Source: Camelus dromedarius
Lineage: Eukaryota
Assembly: GCF_036321535.1 (NCBI RefSeq)
Contig: NC_087437.1
Coordinates: 16,370,001 to 16,434,000 of the forward strand
DNA length: 64,000 bases
Reading direction: 5' to 3'
Every line of letters begins with the position of its first letter. Position 1 is the stretch's first letter. Below, one piece after another: positions 24,540 to 36,929 of the stretch. The position numbers and the translations under genes are program-made. The notes beneath the pieces are model-generated. The model was not told where the DNA came from, did no database searches, and worked only from the letters and a program-made list of their open reading frames with translations.

Positions 24540-26553
24540 TTCCTAGGTTCCAGGACCGTGGTGGTGTATTGGTCCCCTAGCATCCATGGAGGCTTAGACC
24601 CCAGAGCTAACAGTCCCCCAAATCTGGGCATACCTCTTGTCCCAGCACACAGTTTTAACACATCAAATGGCCCAGGTCGCTGTGGGGAAGGATTTGGGGA
24701 ATTCTTACCACACATTCATGCAATCACACAAGGGTCCTTCCTGAGGGGGTGTGGCCTTCCTTTCAAAGACTAGACTCTGAGACCCAGTGAAACTGGATAA
24801 AGGGCTGTGTCTTCCATTGTGGCAGCTGAGATGAACCTTTTGTGTTATTTTTACCAGCCAAGCAACTCCAATCAGTCATCTACCTGTTACCACACACCCT
24901 CCCACTACCTGGATCTCTTTAGCCATTTCCACAAATCCCTGCAGATCAATGCACCCCAAATGCCACTTCAACCTTACTGCCTATTACAGTAATGACACCA
25001 CCTTGCCTCTGACACTAAGTTCTGCCACTTGACCACTGTCATTCTAGAATCCCATCATCTCAATGATATTAAGGAGCCCAGGGTCATAGCAGCATCTCCC
25101 ATTGTTAACCTCATCCTCCAGAGAGCGGCCATCACCATGTTTCTTAAACGTACCAGTGACCCCATCCTCTGTGCCTCCTTTATTGCCTTAATGAAGGGTT
25201 GCCCAAAGGGTCCTCAGAGGGACCATGCTCAAAGTGGTCCTCATGTCTTACATAATAAGTCCATTCTCACAATCCCATCTCTCTGAGCCCCCTGTCCCTT
25301 TCCTTAAAACCTATGTCAAAGAAATTCTGGCTTCTCCACCTCATTACTCTAGGCCAGTGGTTCTTAAACTTTAGGGAGCCTCAGAAAATCACTGGGAAGA
25401 CTTATGAAAACGAAGCCCAGTTTCTGATTCAGTTAGAGGATTTTCATTTCCCCAGGTGATGCTGATTCCATTGTTCTGGGGACCGCACTTTGAAAAACAC
25501 ACTGTGAACTGTAATCCATTGCCAGGCACAAGACTCAAACAGCCATCCCAGAAAACTGCTAGGACCAGCTTCCAAAACAAATGTCCCTCACCAGACCACT
25601 GAATCCTAATGCACGGGCAGGTGCCCCATCAATAAATTCTCTATCTAGTCTTATTTTCCTCTCTGGTTCGACACTCGCAAGAGCTGTACACACAGGTACC
25701 CTGGTTTCTGCTGGTATATATTAAAGAGCTTCTTTGATTCATTCATATTTTAAGCTACTTTTCCCCATAGCAGGGTGCGCTTCTCTACTCAGGCTTTGTT
25801 GAAGTCTGACTTTTTGTTATTGGCCTGGGTGAATGAGGGAAAGGGGAGGAAAATCTTGTGGAAAACAGGCACAACCTTATAAGGCATCTCCCTTAGGGGA
25901 GGTCACTGCAGTCTCCTGGCAAGAGGAACCTGCTCCTCTCTGACAAAAGGATGGGGACCCTCTGTTGTTCGGAATGTTCAAGGGCTTCAATGTCCTCTGG
26001 CTCATGTGCCCACATTATTCGAGCCTGAATCTCAGGGTTTCACTATTTCCCTATTCAAGATATGACTGTGACATGGGACACTTGCCCTGCTGACCGTTCT
26101 GTCTCCTTGGCAGCTCCGATCCCCTTCCAGCTAGATGCTGGGTCTGGTCCTCAGCACCCTCTGCACTGTGGCTGCAGGGATGAGCATCTCCTTAAAAGCT
26201 GCCTTAGAAACGTCTCCTTTTCACAACATAATTTGTGAGTTGGAAGTTCTGAGCTTGTCACTTTCTAAAGGCTTTTTAAGAAGTTTTCAAGAGCCAGCTC
26301 ACCCTACAGCCCCTATAATGATCAACCCCATCCCATTCAAGGGCTGCAGTCACCACCTATGACAACACCTCTCTTCTTACCTGCTCTTCACCACAAGTAA
26401 ACCGAGTGGAAACTTTAATCATAGCACCGCCGTCTCCCAGAAGTTATTAGCACCCCACTCGTCATTGGCATAGAGGTTCTTATTCACATCCAGCTGGTGA
26501 ATAACACAGCTTCCATTGAGGGGTCGGCTTTCTGAGACCACTGGTGGTACCAA
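24540..26553 (-). mobile_element. Decayed ERVL-class internal region (ERV3-16A3/HERV16-like leader, gag, protease)
   Basis: PBS-like ttggtacc directly after the LTR; gag-like NIYQQKPG...KIRLDR-EFID; ORF 24431-24715 PQRPGPF...FGGLLALGSK aligns with recalled ERVL PQRDLRPF...FRGLLDTGSE. Confidence 0.8.
25355..25504 (+). mobile_element. MER5A inserted in ERVL gag
   Basis: cagtggttcttaaacttt...ttcccaggtgatgctgat...ggggaccgcactttgaaaaacac. Confidence 0.88.
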
Positions 26554-26554
26554 C

Positions 26555-26990
26555 TGTTAAAGCAGAAAACAGAGCCTGAGGCAAGAGGCTTCTGTGTTGT
26601 ACTTTATTAGGGAATTTGATCCAGGGAGGAAGGGGTGAGGGTCAGAGGAAGCGCACTGGGGAAGGAGGAGGGGTGCATATAGGAGCATCATACTTGCCAG
26701 CACGAAGGGAGTCCGACTGCATGAGATCCTGCTGCCCCGTCCCTGAGAAGGGAGGGAGGAGCATCCATCAGGAGGTGACAGGAGGCAGGATTTATCTGCT
26801 GGATCCCTCCTCGCGTTAGAAAACTTTCATCCCATGAGGGAAACTCATGCCTCCAAGTAACACATGCCACTTGAGTGGCATTCACAGCAGCGCCAAGAGT
26901 AAAATCCAGGGCACGAGACCAGAGCCACCAGCTGCAGGCACGCGGCAGGTTCTGTAAACACCAGTGAAGCACATGCACACCTGGTCACCA
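26555..26990 (-). mobile_element. LTR16-family 5' LTR of the ERVL remnant
   Basis: aaaacagagcctgaggcaagaggctt...tactttattagggaatttgatccaggg resembles the LTR16 U5/R reverse complement; abuts the PBS. Confidence 0.75.
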
Positions 26991-27064
26991 AAGTGACAGC
27001 TAGAACAGGAGACAAGGAGGCCAGCGGTGGAAAATAAATGATATTCAATACAAATAGTATAGAA

Positions 27065-27200
27065 AAAAAAAAATCTCTGTTCTGGAGAGTTTACTTTATA
27101 CCGACCTGGAAGGGGTGGGAAGACTAACATTTAACAACGAAATTAATATATTTATCATATGTAAAGTGGTGGTAAGTACTATATGTATTAAAGAGGGTCC
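27065..27200 (-). mobile_element. L2 fragment
   Basis: aaatctctgttctggagagtttacttt...gtggtggtaagtactat. Confidence 0.5.
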
Positions 27201-27319
27201 ATTAGCAAATGCTATTCATTGTAGAGATTTTTGAAAATAAAATCCCTTCAAAAAACAGCTTTGAGGAATATTAGCTCTGATATTGCCATCTGATGCCACT
27301 AAAAGGTCTCCAGAACTCA

Positions 27320-27432
27320 GAACCTGGGGTCACTCTCTTATGAAATATTAGGTCTTCGGCAAGTCCCTTAACTTCCCTGGATATCAATTTTCTCACCTTT
27401 AACATAGGTATGGAAATACTTTCTAACATGGT
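27320..27432 (+). mobile_element. MIR, left part (right part ~28850-28935), split by L1
   Basis: cttcggcaagtcccttaacttccctggatatcaattttctcacctttaa. Confidence 0.65.
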
Positions 27433-27434
27433 TT

Positions 27435-28842
27435 CTTTTTTTTGACAGTTTTATTGAAATAAAATTACCATACAATAAATGTCAAATACTTGTGTACAGT
27501 ATGATGAGTTTTGTCAAGTTGTACACATGAAGATATCACCAAAATCCAGACAATAAGCATATACATTACTTCCTAAATTTCCCCTCCCCCCACCCCACGT
27601 TTACCTTCCCTCCCCCTCCCCAGGCAACTGGGCATCTGCCTTCTGTTACTATAGATTATTTGCATTTTCCAGAATTGTATATGCAGGGAATCATACAGTA
27701 TGTAGTGTAGTCATGTGTGTGCACACACGTGTGTGATTTCTCTCACTCAGTATAATTAATTCGAGATTCACTGTAGTGCAAGGTGTGGCAATAGGTTCAT
27801 GCTCCAGGAGTCTCTGCGTGTTTCATTTTAGATCATTTCTAGTGTTCGGTTCACTGATCTTTTCTTCTGCAGTGTCCCATCTGCCCTGAATCCCATCAGT
27901 GTATTTTTCCATCTCACACACTATAGCTTTTGTCTTTAGTCCAATTTCAATCTTTTCAATATTTTCTACGTCTCTACTTAACTTTTCGTCCTTGCCTGTG
28001 TTAGCTCTGAAGTGGTTTCAGTTGATCAAGACTGCTTCTGCTTACGGTTTGTATTTTTCTGCCTTTTTGTATGTCTGATAATTTTTTAAATTTGGTGCCA
28101 GATGGAGTGATTTGACCTGCTCGGTGCTGGATATTTCTGTATTCCTATATATAGTCTTGAGATTTGTTTTAGGAGACAACTAAGTTACTTAGAAATAGTT
28201 TGATCCCTTCAGATCTCATTTTAAACATTTGTGTACAATGTGATGAGATTAAAGATTTGTTGAGTGGGAGCACAGCTCGCTAGGACTAAATATTCTTACA
28301 GCTGAGGAAAGATCTTTCTGAAATCTCTACCTAACGTGCTGTGAATCGTGCATTTATCCAGTCTGACCATTGGGAATAGGCTTATTCCCAGTCCTGTGTG
28401 GGCACAGGGCACAGTTAACTCTAACCCTGTGGGGTGGTTCTTTTCCTGGCCTTGGTTATTTTCCTTACCCTCAAGTGCTGATCGGTGGTCAAGAGAGACT
28501 GTCCGCAGACGTCTGGACTTTGTCGGTGCATCTCTCTCCTTGCTGCTACTGTGTCCTGTAAATGCTAGTTGCCCTGGTCTCTCCAGACTCTCAGCCTCCT
28601 TAACACAGTGAGTCAGCTGGGCTCTAGCTGGGGGCCCTTTCTGTGCACCACAGCCTGTAAGCTGGGGCAATCATACACTCACCTTATTCTTTTCTCATCT
28701 TTCAGGGATTATTGCCCTCTGTTGTCTCATCTCCATGTCTTGAAAACCATTGTTTTAGATCTTTTGTCCATTTTTTGGCTATTTCAGACAGATTCATGGT
28801 AAATCTGGTCCCTATTCCACCATCTTGGTCCAAAGTGGAAGC
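27435..28842 (-). mobile_element. Old L1M element retaining both 5' UTR/ORF1 start and 3' UTR, with large internal deletion
   Basis: 3' tail ttttattgaaataaaattaccatacaataaa at left; L1 5' start ccaccatcttggtccaaagtggaag at right; junction near 27790. Confidence 0.8.
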
Positions 28843-28935
28843 CTTTTGTAATCCTTCCAAGAATTAGTGGTAATATATATCAAGCGCATAGCCCAGCTCC
28901 TAGCTTCTGGTAAGCATCAGTAATGGCTGTAATTA

Positions 28936-28959
28936 TGGTGGTGGTGGTGGTGGTGGTGG
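28936..28959. repeat. (TGG)8 microsatellite
   Basis: Seen directly. Confidence 0.95.
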
Positions 28960-29539
28960 ATATCCTCATTATGATGATTGGAATTAAGTTTCCCCAGAAC
29001 GCAACAATCTGTGAGTGTATATGAGGTCATATTAGTAGCAAAAAACAAATTTCTGTCCTGCAAAGTCTCTCCAGTGTTTCTGGGTTGTCCCAAGGAATTT
29101 CAGGAATATACTTGTGAGGAAGCTTTCTCCCACCTGCGCCGTCCATCCTCCGCTCTGTCTGGTTCTTCATCTCTACTTCTGAGGGCATCAGAGACCCTAT
29201 ATCTTCCCCATCAGTGCTCGGGTTTTCCTCTGTGTCTCTGGTGAGCATTATGGCCTCTCTCACTGCCCCAGCAACCACTGTGGTCTCAGTTCTGCAGTTT
29301 TAGGCCCAGAGATATCTGCTTTGTTGGATATAATCTCCCCGCCTTGCCTCCGCAGAAGGTATCATGCATACCGCCAGAGTCCTCAGGGTACCGAAGTGCC
29401 GTGGTGGTCAGCTCCAAATGATGGGGAGCCTGTTCTCTAATCAACACCTGGTCATAGAGAATGTGAACTGCTTATGCTCCAGAGTCTGCCAGAAGGCACA
29501 CCAACTCTCAAAATTTCCTCTCAGCCACCCTAATGTCCA

Positions 29540-29655
29540 TGGGAGGGGAATAGTCATTGTCTCTGCTCTGCTCCATTTTGCAGTTCCACACATAACACAG
29601 TGACTGGTACATATTAATGCCTCAATAAAAGTGTTTTGGATGAATGGATGAGTCC
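29540..29655 (+). mobile_element. L2 3' terminus
   Basis: cataacacagtgactggtacatattaatgcctcaataaaagtgttttggatgaatggatga. Confidence 0.75.
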
Positions 29656-30553
29656 ATTGGGAACTGGGCTAGGAGGAAATAGGAGATCTCTGCCAACAAC
29701 TAAGGCTTTTGTTCTGGACATATCAACCGTGCCTGGAGCTGTCTCCCATCGGGGTGAGTTCATGCAGGAGCCTTGTCAGTCTCCATTACACACACCTCTC
29801 TGGCAGAAGAGCCCCTCCGATTTGCCAGTCGTGCCAAGAAATCTCAACTACACCATCAGGCAGCCGGCCAAAATGTCACTGTTCTCCGACTTCCCATCTT
29901 CAATACTGCCCAGCCAGGTCATCCAGCCAAGCTTGCCAGACAGTGTTAAACCATATGCAGCAGATGATAACTATGTGGCCCAAAGAACACAATGCCTGCA
30001 AAATAAATGCCCCAAACTGGCCCATAAAATTTAAAGTTGTTTTTCTTCTCTTTCTTTCAAATCCATCCCTTGCTAATGAAGAAAAATCCAAATTGTCAAG
30101 AGATCAATTTCCTATCCCCTGTTGTCAGAGGTCAGATTCTAAACTGTATGCAAAAACCTTCCTGCCTCCTCTTGTTTTCTTTTCAACTCTCTCCCATGTG
30201 GAGGGGTCGCACTCAAGGCAGAAGCGTCTCTGGGTCCCTGCTCCACCTTCCATTGGAAGTGAGGATACTTCCTTCCTCACCTTCCCTCTCTGTCTCTCAA
30301 GTATTCCATTTCCTCAGATATCCAGGAGATGAACAGGACACACAAGAATACCACTTTGCCAGTCCCACCTCCCAAAACTGTCATAACACCAGCAAATCCT
30401 CATAGTAAATGTGGTTGCTGCCACCACTCACCATTTAGTCCCCCAAACTGCTATGCAATAGAATTTCCCAAAGCAGAGTGATAATGTCTCCAGGATATAG
30501 TGCATCTGTGACAACCTAGAATGACACGATGCTATCGCTCTGCAGGGTCACAG

Positions 30554-31094
30554 TGTTACCCCAAAAGGAGAAGAGAAGAGATCCCAGTCCTTGTCATGCC
30601 CAAAAGATAAGAATTCACACGGGAGACAAAGCATTGTATAGTGAAAGATTTTTAAAAATTTATTAGCAAAGGGAAGGTAAACCTCCAAGAACAGGAGGCA
30701 GGCTGATCCAAGGGCAGACAGCAATGGTCTTTGTTTGCCCCTTGTCTTATACCTTCGCTTTGGGGTGGTCTCTTCATTGATTGACGGCTCTTTCCCCTGG
30801 AGCACTTGGCCATGCTCGTCCCCTTTTGCATATGTCCTTACCCTTAATGCACACATAGGGGGCCTTGGCCGCAATGCTCATTCTATTACAATGAGCACCG
30901 GGTCATATCTGGTTAGGTCCTTGTCACTACTGCACAGTTGTGGCTGTCAAGTTCTAAGTGGTTTCTTGCTGGCGCTCATTTAGAGGAAGTAAAACCCCTT
31001 TATGCTGGAAGCGGGTATAACGCCATCTTCTGGACCATCCTTCCTCTCCTCCACCTTATCTGCCCAGTGCCCCCGCTTATCTAACTACCTAATA
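30554..31094 (-). mobile_element. ERV1-class solo LTR
   Basis: Begins tgttacc, ends ctaactacctaata; minus-strand AATAAA near 30660; 4-bp TSD acag/atag (1 mismatch). Confidence 0.8.
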
Positions 31095-31924
31095 ATAGAA
31101 CAGAGCTAACCCTTTGCTCATCACCGTCTTGCAGGTAGCCCCACAACTCTATGAACAAAGGCAATGGAAAGCATCCTGGCAAACCACTTCCGGAGTTAAC
31201 TGCTCCCTGATGCTCTGGCCATATTGTGGGCAGTGGTGTTTCCAGAAGCATCTTCCCCTGGGCACTCTAGCAGGCCCTGGCTGTCTTCTGAAACTTGCTA
31301 AGGTACATGGGCAGAGAAGATCCTGGACATCATTCTTATGAGCTTTGGGTCTTTGGCTCTCTTGATATGACCCTTCTGCTCGCAAATCTACCCCCTGCAC
31401 CCTGCATTGCCAAGCGAAGCAAGCCATGGGGCCCCTGTAGCCCGAGCCCCACTGACATGTCTCAGTGGTCTGTAGTTTGTGTAGCTACCAGCTTCCCCGT
31501 TTATCAGAGACCACTGCTAGTAGCTATCACCTGTGTCAAAGACCTTATTTTGCACCACAGGTCACACTCTGAGCACCTGAAGCCACCGTGAAATGTGCAT
31601 TTTGATTGAGCTGAGATGCTGCTAGAAAGCTTTATCGTGGGAGCCATTCCAGATGTCTGCAGCTGGTGGTAGAGGACGTGGCTGCTCCTTTGCTAAGCGG
31701 AATCAACAGTGCCTTGGTGTCAGCCATGGCAATGTCCTCAGCAGGCTGGCCTTCTGGCATGAAATGGAGATCTCTGGGCTGAGGGTAATGAGCAGTGTCT
31801 CTGTGGTCATTCAGTCACTTCATCTGATGCCAGACTTAGGGGAAGTAGGGCAGAGACAGGCCTGCTAGGCCACATGCCAGGCAGCGAAAACCACTCCAGT
31901 CATTACCGCGGAAAGTGATACCGG

Positions 31925-32375
31925 CTCATGGTTTAATATTTGGGCTGGAGAAATCCAGTGACCTGTGTTTGAAATCTGTACCACCGTTTCCTATCCGTAG
32001 GGCTTTTACAAACCTTCCTGTTAAACCCTCTCAGATCATTCCCTCGCCTGTAAAATTGGGATAATGACAGAACCTGCTATCCAAACAGAAACGTACGCGA
32101 TGATGCACTTAAGTCCCGGGGCCTTGCTGGTGGTTCGTGCTTTCAGTGAACGGAAGCAGTCAGGTAATAGGAAGAGCGTGGATTTATGCAGAGCTGGGAA
32201 CACACTCCAGCCACACTCTCTCTGCTGAAGCCTCAGTCGCACAGCCTCTCTGAACCTCAACAGCCCCATCTGCACAAACAAGAGAGGAATAAGTGTGTGG
32301 CGGAGCTGTCAGAGGACTCAGTGAGAGAATGTTTATCGAGGGCTTGGCGCTAAGTAGACACTCATTGAACGGAGT
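31925..32375 (+). mobile_element. Two tandem MIR copies
   Basis: ctcgcctgtaaaattgggataatgacagaacct and cctctctgaacctcaac...catctgc...ttggcgctaagtagacactcattgaa. Confidence 0.65.
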
Positions 32376-32580
32376 GCAGAAGTCCCACTGAGCTCCACCC
32401 AGCCGCATCCCAGGTCTGTGCCTGCGGGTTGGAGCCCTGATTTACAGCTGTTCCTTGGTGGTGGCTGGTTTCCAGCAGCCAGATCGCTGCCTATTCTGGG
32501 GGCTATCCCACATCCACCTCTGACCAGCTCCTCCTTCAGGGTGGAGCACCTTCCCTTAATCTCTCCTTTTTTTCCTTCCC

Positions 32581-34150
32581 TTTTTCATTAACTTTTCATT
32601 TTAGAATAGTTTTAGATTTATAGAAAGGTTGTGCAGTTAAGACAGAATTCTCATAAACTCCAGACTGTTTCCACTATGAACCATGAATACGGTCCACTGT
32701 TCACAACTAACAAGCCCATACTGATATATTTTTCTTAACTGAAGTCCATTCTTTACTTGGATAGCTTAAGTTTTCCTTCACTTTTCTGTTCCAGGAAATC
32801 GTCGAGGATACACCATGATGTTCAGTCATCATTCCTCCTTGGGCCCCTCTAGAAAGTGACAGCTTCTCAGACGTTCCTGGGTTTCAATGAGCCTATCATC
32901 AAAACTTACGGTAGTTTGTGGACCTCCCTTTAGTTTAGGTTTGTCTGATATTTTTCTCACGATTAACTGGAGTTCTGGTGTTTTCAGAGGAGGAAGATCT
33001 TTTCAAAGGTTGCATGCCGTTCTCACCACATCAGATCAAGAGCACCAGATGTCAGTGATCACAGCTGATTCTGACCTTGATCACCTGGCTGGGGCAGTGC
33101 GGCCAGGTCTCCCCACTGGAAACGGACTCTTTCTCTCCCCCTTTCCATACTGTGCTCTTTGGAAGAAGTCACTCAGTGCAGCCCCCACTTAAGGAGTTGG
33201 GGCTTCATTTTCATTTCCCGGAGGGGGTACTATCCACAGGAACCACTTGGAATTCTTCTGCATAGAAGCTTTATCCATTTCTCCACTATTTATTTATTTA
33301 TACAATCATTCCTTATACCAGTATGAGTGCCTGAATATTTATTTTATATTATGTGTTATAATCCAATCCTTTATTTATTTTCTTGCTCGACCTGTTCCTG
33401 CTTTGGCCGTGAGGCGTGCCTCTAGCTGACCCTCGTGTCCCTTTGACATACCCCGTCACTGTGTAGTTTTGAACACTTCCTCGTTGTCTGACATTACACG
33501 ATTCTCCAGGCTCATCCTGTGCATTCCCTGCTCCAGCCCTAGAATAAACCATTTCTCCAGTAGCCTGGTTCCTTTTGTCAGAGAAATGGTAACAGAAGCC
33601 AAGATTGACTGAATCATTATGCTGTACACCAGAAATTAACACAACACTGAAAACTGAATACAATCCAATTAAAAAAGAAAGAAAGGAAAGAAACCAAACT
33701 GGGCTCTGGGGATGCTCATTGCTCCTGGAGTATCATTGTGTCTTGGCTCTCTCAGCAGATAGAATAAGGAAATATACGTGTGTGTACTAACTCATTAACA
33801 TATATATTCCTAAAAACATTTCTACATTATATATATATTTATCTGTATGTATATTAAGCTAGACATGAAATCATCCATCAAGTCACCAGCTCTAATTCAG
33901 GACCACATGGGCCGTTCTAGCCTCCTCCCCTGGCTTGTCTATGACCTACTACTCCATCAGGTCTGATGAGAAGCCTGACTCCCACCATCCACCATCATTC
34001 ATCCCATCCTTCAGTTTGGGTCCACGTGTGCAGTGGTTTCAGAACTGTTAACCTACAGCCCCACAGGAAACGACTTTACCAGCTGCAGTGCCACTTAGAG
34101 TGTCCAATCATTTCCAAAGTTACTCAGGTCAGCCTCTTTTCCCCTACATC
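32581..34150 (-). mobile_element. L1MC/MD-type 3' UTR
   Basis: ttttagaatagttttagatttatagaaaggttg; ctccaggctcatcctgtgcattccctgctccagccctagaat; same class as 13980-15730 in reverse. Confidence 0.85.
33606..33690 (+). mobile_element. Very short cetartiodactyl-type L1 3' tail inserted in the older L1
   Basis: actgaatcattatgctgtacaccagaaattaacacaac + A-rich tail; imperfect TSD agaagccaagat/agaaaccaaact; similar to 42310-42380. Confidence 0.8.
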
Positions 34151-34199
34151 CTTCCCTGGGACAGCACAGCCAATATATTTCCTTGTCCCCCATTGACTT

Positions 34200-34690
34200 C
34201 GTGGCTTTTTTCTCCCGTAAGTGAGATAAGAAGGCTGGAGGGAAATTCCTTCCCCCTGACTTGCAACAAGCCTTGATACTGTGCTCCAGCGAAGTCCCTC
34301 CTCCTGGAGAGAGAAGATGCTATGGAGAACCACGCTGGGCCTGATTCACAATGATTACTCTCCCCTGCCAGAACCAGAGGAGATCATTCTAGGATCCCTA
34401 CTGTGAAAATATGTTGGGATTAGTGGAATGAAAGTCTGTAAAAATGCGGGGGACCCCCTAAGACCAGGGCCTGTAGAGGTCTGTCACTGTCACACTAGTA
34501 CACACTCAGCCGCCACCAATCACCCAAATTACGATGTAAATGCGCCTCCCACTTTCTGGCTCCAGTGGCTTCTCTGGTAAGGAAATGTCTCCGGATGCTC
34601 TTGTCTCTTCACATTTTCGAGTGGCAGTTCACCCTGAAACCACAGTTCTCTGATGAACCCAAGGAAAGCTGTCGTGTGCAAGTTTCTGAA
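34200..34690 (-). mobile_element. L1M4/L1MD-type 5' UTR fragment
   Basis: gagtggcagttcaccctgaaaccacagttctctgatgaacccaagga resembles a recalled old-L1 5' end. Confidence 0.6.
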
Positions 34691-34849
34691 ACTTAATGTG
34701 GACCAGATTCAAGTTCTGTGCTTCTGAGTCAAATCAGAGGAGAGGGCTCGATTATAGAAGGTTCCCTCAACCCCCCAGGCTGGTGCCTCTGAGCCTCCGC
34801 CCAGATCCTAATGGGACTCTGCCAGTTTTTATTGTTTGGGTTTGTTTTT

Positions 34850-34960
34850 TCAGTAAATCCTGAGCTTCTTGAATACAGGGACTGGATCTGTTTTTTCTCT
34901 AAGTCCTTGCTTATCTAGCACAGACCTGGTACCCAAACAATGTGTTGTCTGAGTTGACTT
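34850..34960 (+). mobile_element. L2 3' terminus
   Basis: ctgagcttcttgaatacagggactgg...tctagcacagacctggtac. Confidence 0.65.
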
Positions 34961-36369
34961 CATTGCATTTACAGCAACTTCATCTGATTATACAGTATGA
35001 TGAAATGAAACCTTATTATGCACTCCCCACACCCTCACCCAAGAATTAGGGGTCTAAACTATTTCTTGGCTAGTTGACACAGAATTCTTTGTGACCTAAT
35101 CCAGGTAAGGAAGAGCTGGACATTATTAGCATAATAAGGCCAGTGGATTAGTTGGTAAGAACTAGAAGCAAATTTGGCTTAATATGAAGAATGTGTATTT
35201 ATTTTATAGACACAAGAAGGCCTGGAGGAGGTTTCAGAAAGAAATGAATCTTCACACTGGCAGCAACTATTTGGTCTTAGTTATGGAGGTGGAAGGAACT
35301 TCCTTATCCCAGAGGTCCATCCCTTATCCCCCCATCCTTCCCACTGGAGAAACAGCCACACTGAGACTGAGCCGACTCCACCCCCACTGTGTCACCTCGT
35401 TTGGGCGACACTAGAAAGGGTCAATGTGGAGGAGGGGTTGAACTTCAGGGAGAACAGGAAAGGAGGGAGACCCCAGAAGGAGAAGCGTAAGAGAAAAAAC
35501 AGAAACAATCAAGGAAGAGCAGGGCAAAGGATGAAGTCACACAGGCAGTCCACACGCAGGACCGTGACCCCACCGCCACCTCCCCAGGAGGCCCAGGTGA
35601 CACTGGAACCAGTCAGGACATCGTTGACATCTGGGCTGCCTAGAACATGTCATTGTGAGCCTCAAAAAATTCACCCCTAGGATATTAAAGATGTATTTTT
35701 TTCTGCCAAAAAAGAGTGAGAGCTATATTTCTGAGGAAAGTAGACTCAATAAGCCGAGAGTAAAGAAATATATGAGTTAAGAGTCTAAATGTACACATTG
35801 AGTGACCTCAAATCAGAAATGAGACAGCTGGCTGAATCTTTAGCTCTAATTGAACGAGACCAAAAAAGCTTAGAAAAGACTTCGTAAAGCTGCCTTTGGA
35901 AAAGAAAAAGCATCAAACAACAACCAATCAAAGTTCTAGGAGGGTTTTTTTTTTTTAAGGAGCTCCCAGTAGAGATAAAAAGAACTTAAGGATGATCTTA
36001 AGCAAACATAAGCTATAATGAGGAACAGTCTAAGCCAGAAAATGGGGGAGGTGGGAGACAGGCAAGCTAGGAGGCGTGATTACAACTTAACAGATGAGAC
36101 CCTGAACAGTGCAATGGGACATCTGAGAGCTCAGTCAGCTAAGGTGGGGCTGGAAATTCAGATCTAAATTAGACAATAGTAAAGGTCTGTCCCTGTGTGT
36201 GTGATGCTCCCACCTTGGAGGGTGGTTGTATATGTTGAAGAAATGATGTAAAGGGGGCCCTAAACTGCCCCTGTCAGAATGCACAGGGAGTGAGGCGTTG
36301 ATGGTCCCATCTGTGTCGGGGAGGCAGGTTCTAATCTCATTTCTACCATGATCTTGGGAGGCCATGTGG

Positions 36370-36890
36370 CATAGGAGGTTGAGAGAGGCTTTGGAGTCAG
36401 CAAGCCCTGGGTTCCAGTCCTAACCCCACTGCCTATTAGCAGCACAACTCACACATAGACCTCACTTTTCAGAGTTTTCTGGTTTCCTCACTGGAAAAAC
36501 CTCATGAAGTTCTTGAAGGATTTCACGAAAAAATGCACGTGACTCCTGGCACAAGGGTAAGAGGCAAAAATAACCATGAATTCTCATCTACAGGGTCAGT
36601 TTCTTGATAAAAAAAAAGAAAAGAGAGAGAGAGAGAGAGGAGACTAGAATATTTCTATGTTCCCTCCCAGCTCTAACCGTCCCTGATTCCATCACAGAAG
36701 ACTGTGGGAAAGAGCTGTGAACTGAGGATGTAAGATCTACAGTAAGATGCTTAATAATAGGGCTTGTTTCTTTCTCTACACAATTGGGAAAATAAGAGTA
36801 ATAACAATATCAACCTGACAAGATTCTTGAGGATTAAATGAGCTAATGCACGTATACATGTTGAGTAAACCTCAATAAGCATTAGGCAGG
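36370..36890 (+). mobile_element. Cluster of MIR/MIR3 fragments with a (GA)n tract at ~36621-36639
   Basis: ggctttggagtcagcaagccctgggttccagtcc; gaggattaaatgagctaatgcacgta. Confidence 0.7.
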
Positions 36891-36929
36891 ATGAAAACTG
36901 GGGTGATGGAACGGAAGCAGAAGAAGCAG

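Noticed and set aside
29027..29278. Protein-looking minus-strand ORF (RDTEENPSTDGEDIG...)
   Set aside because: No recognisable homology and no convincing flanking splice pair.
29709..30332. Longest ORF in the track (207 aa)
   Set aside because: Non-ATG start, no recognisable motif, overlapped by other similar ORFs; consistent with chance.
35426..35680. Basic K/R-rich ORF suggesting a nuclear micropeptide
   Set aside because: Non-ATG start; composition follows from a purine-rich tract that may be an old L1-derived fragment.
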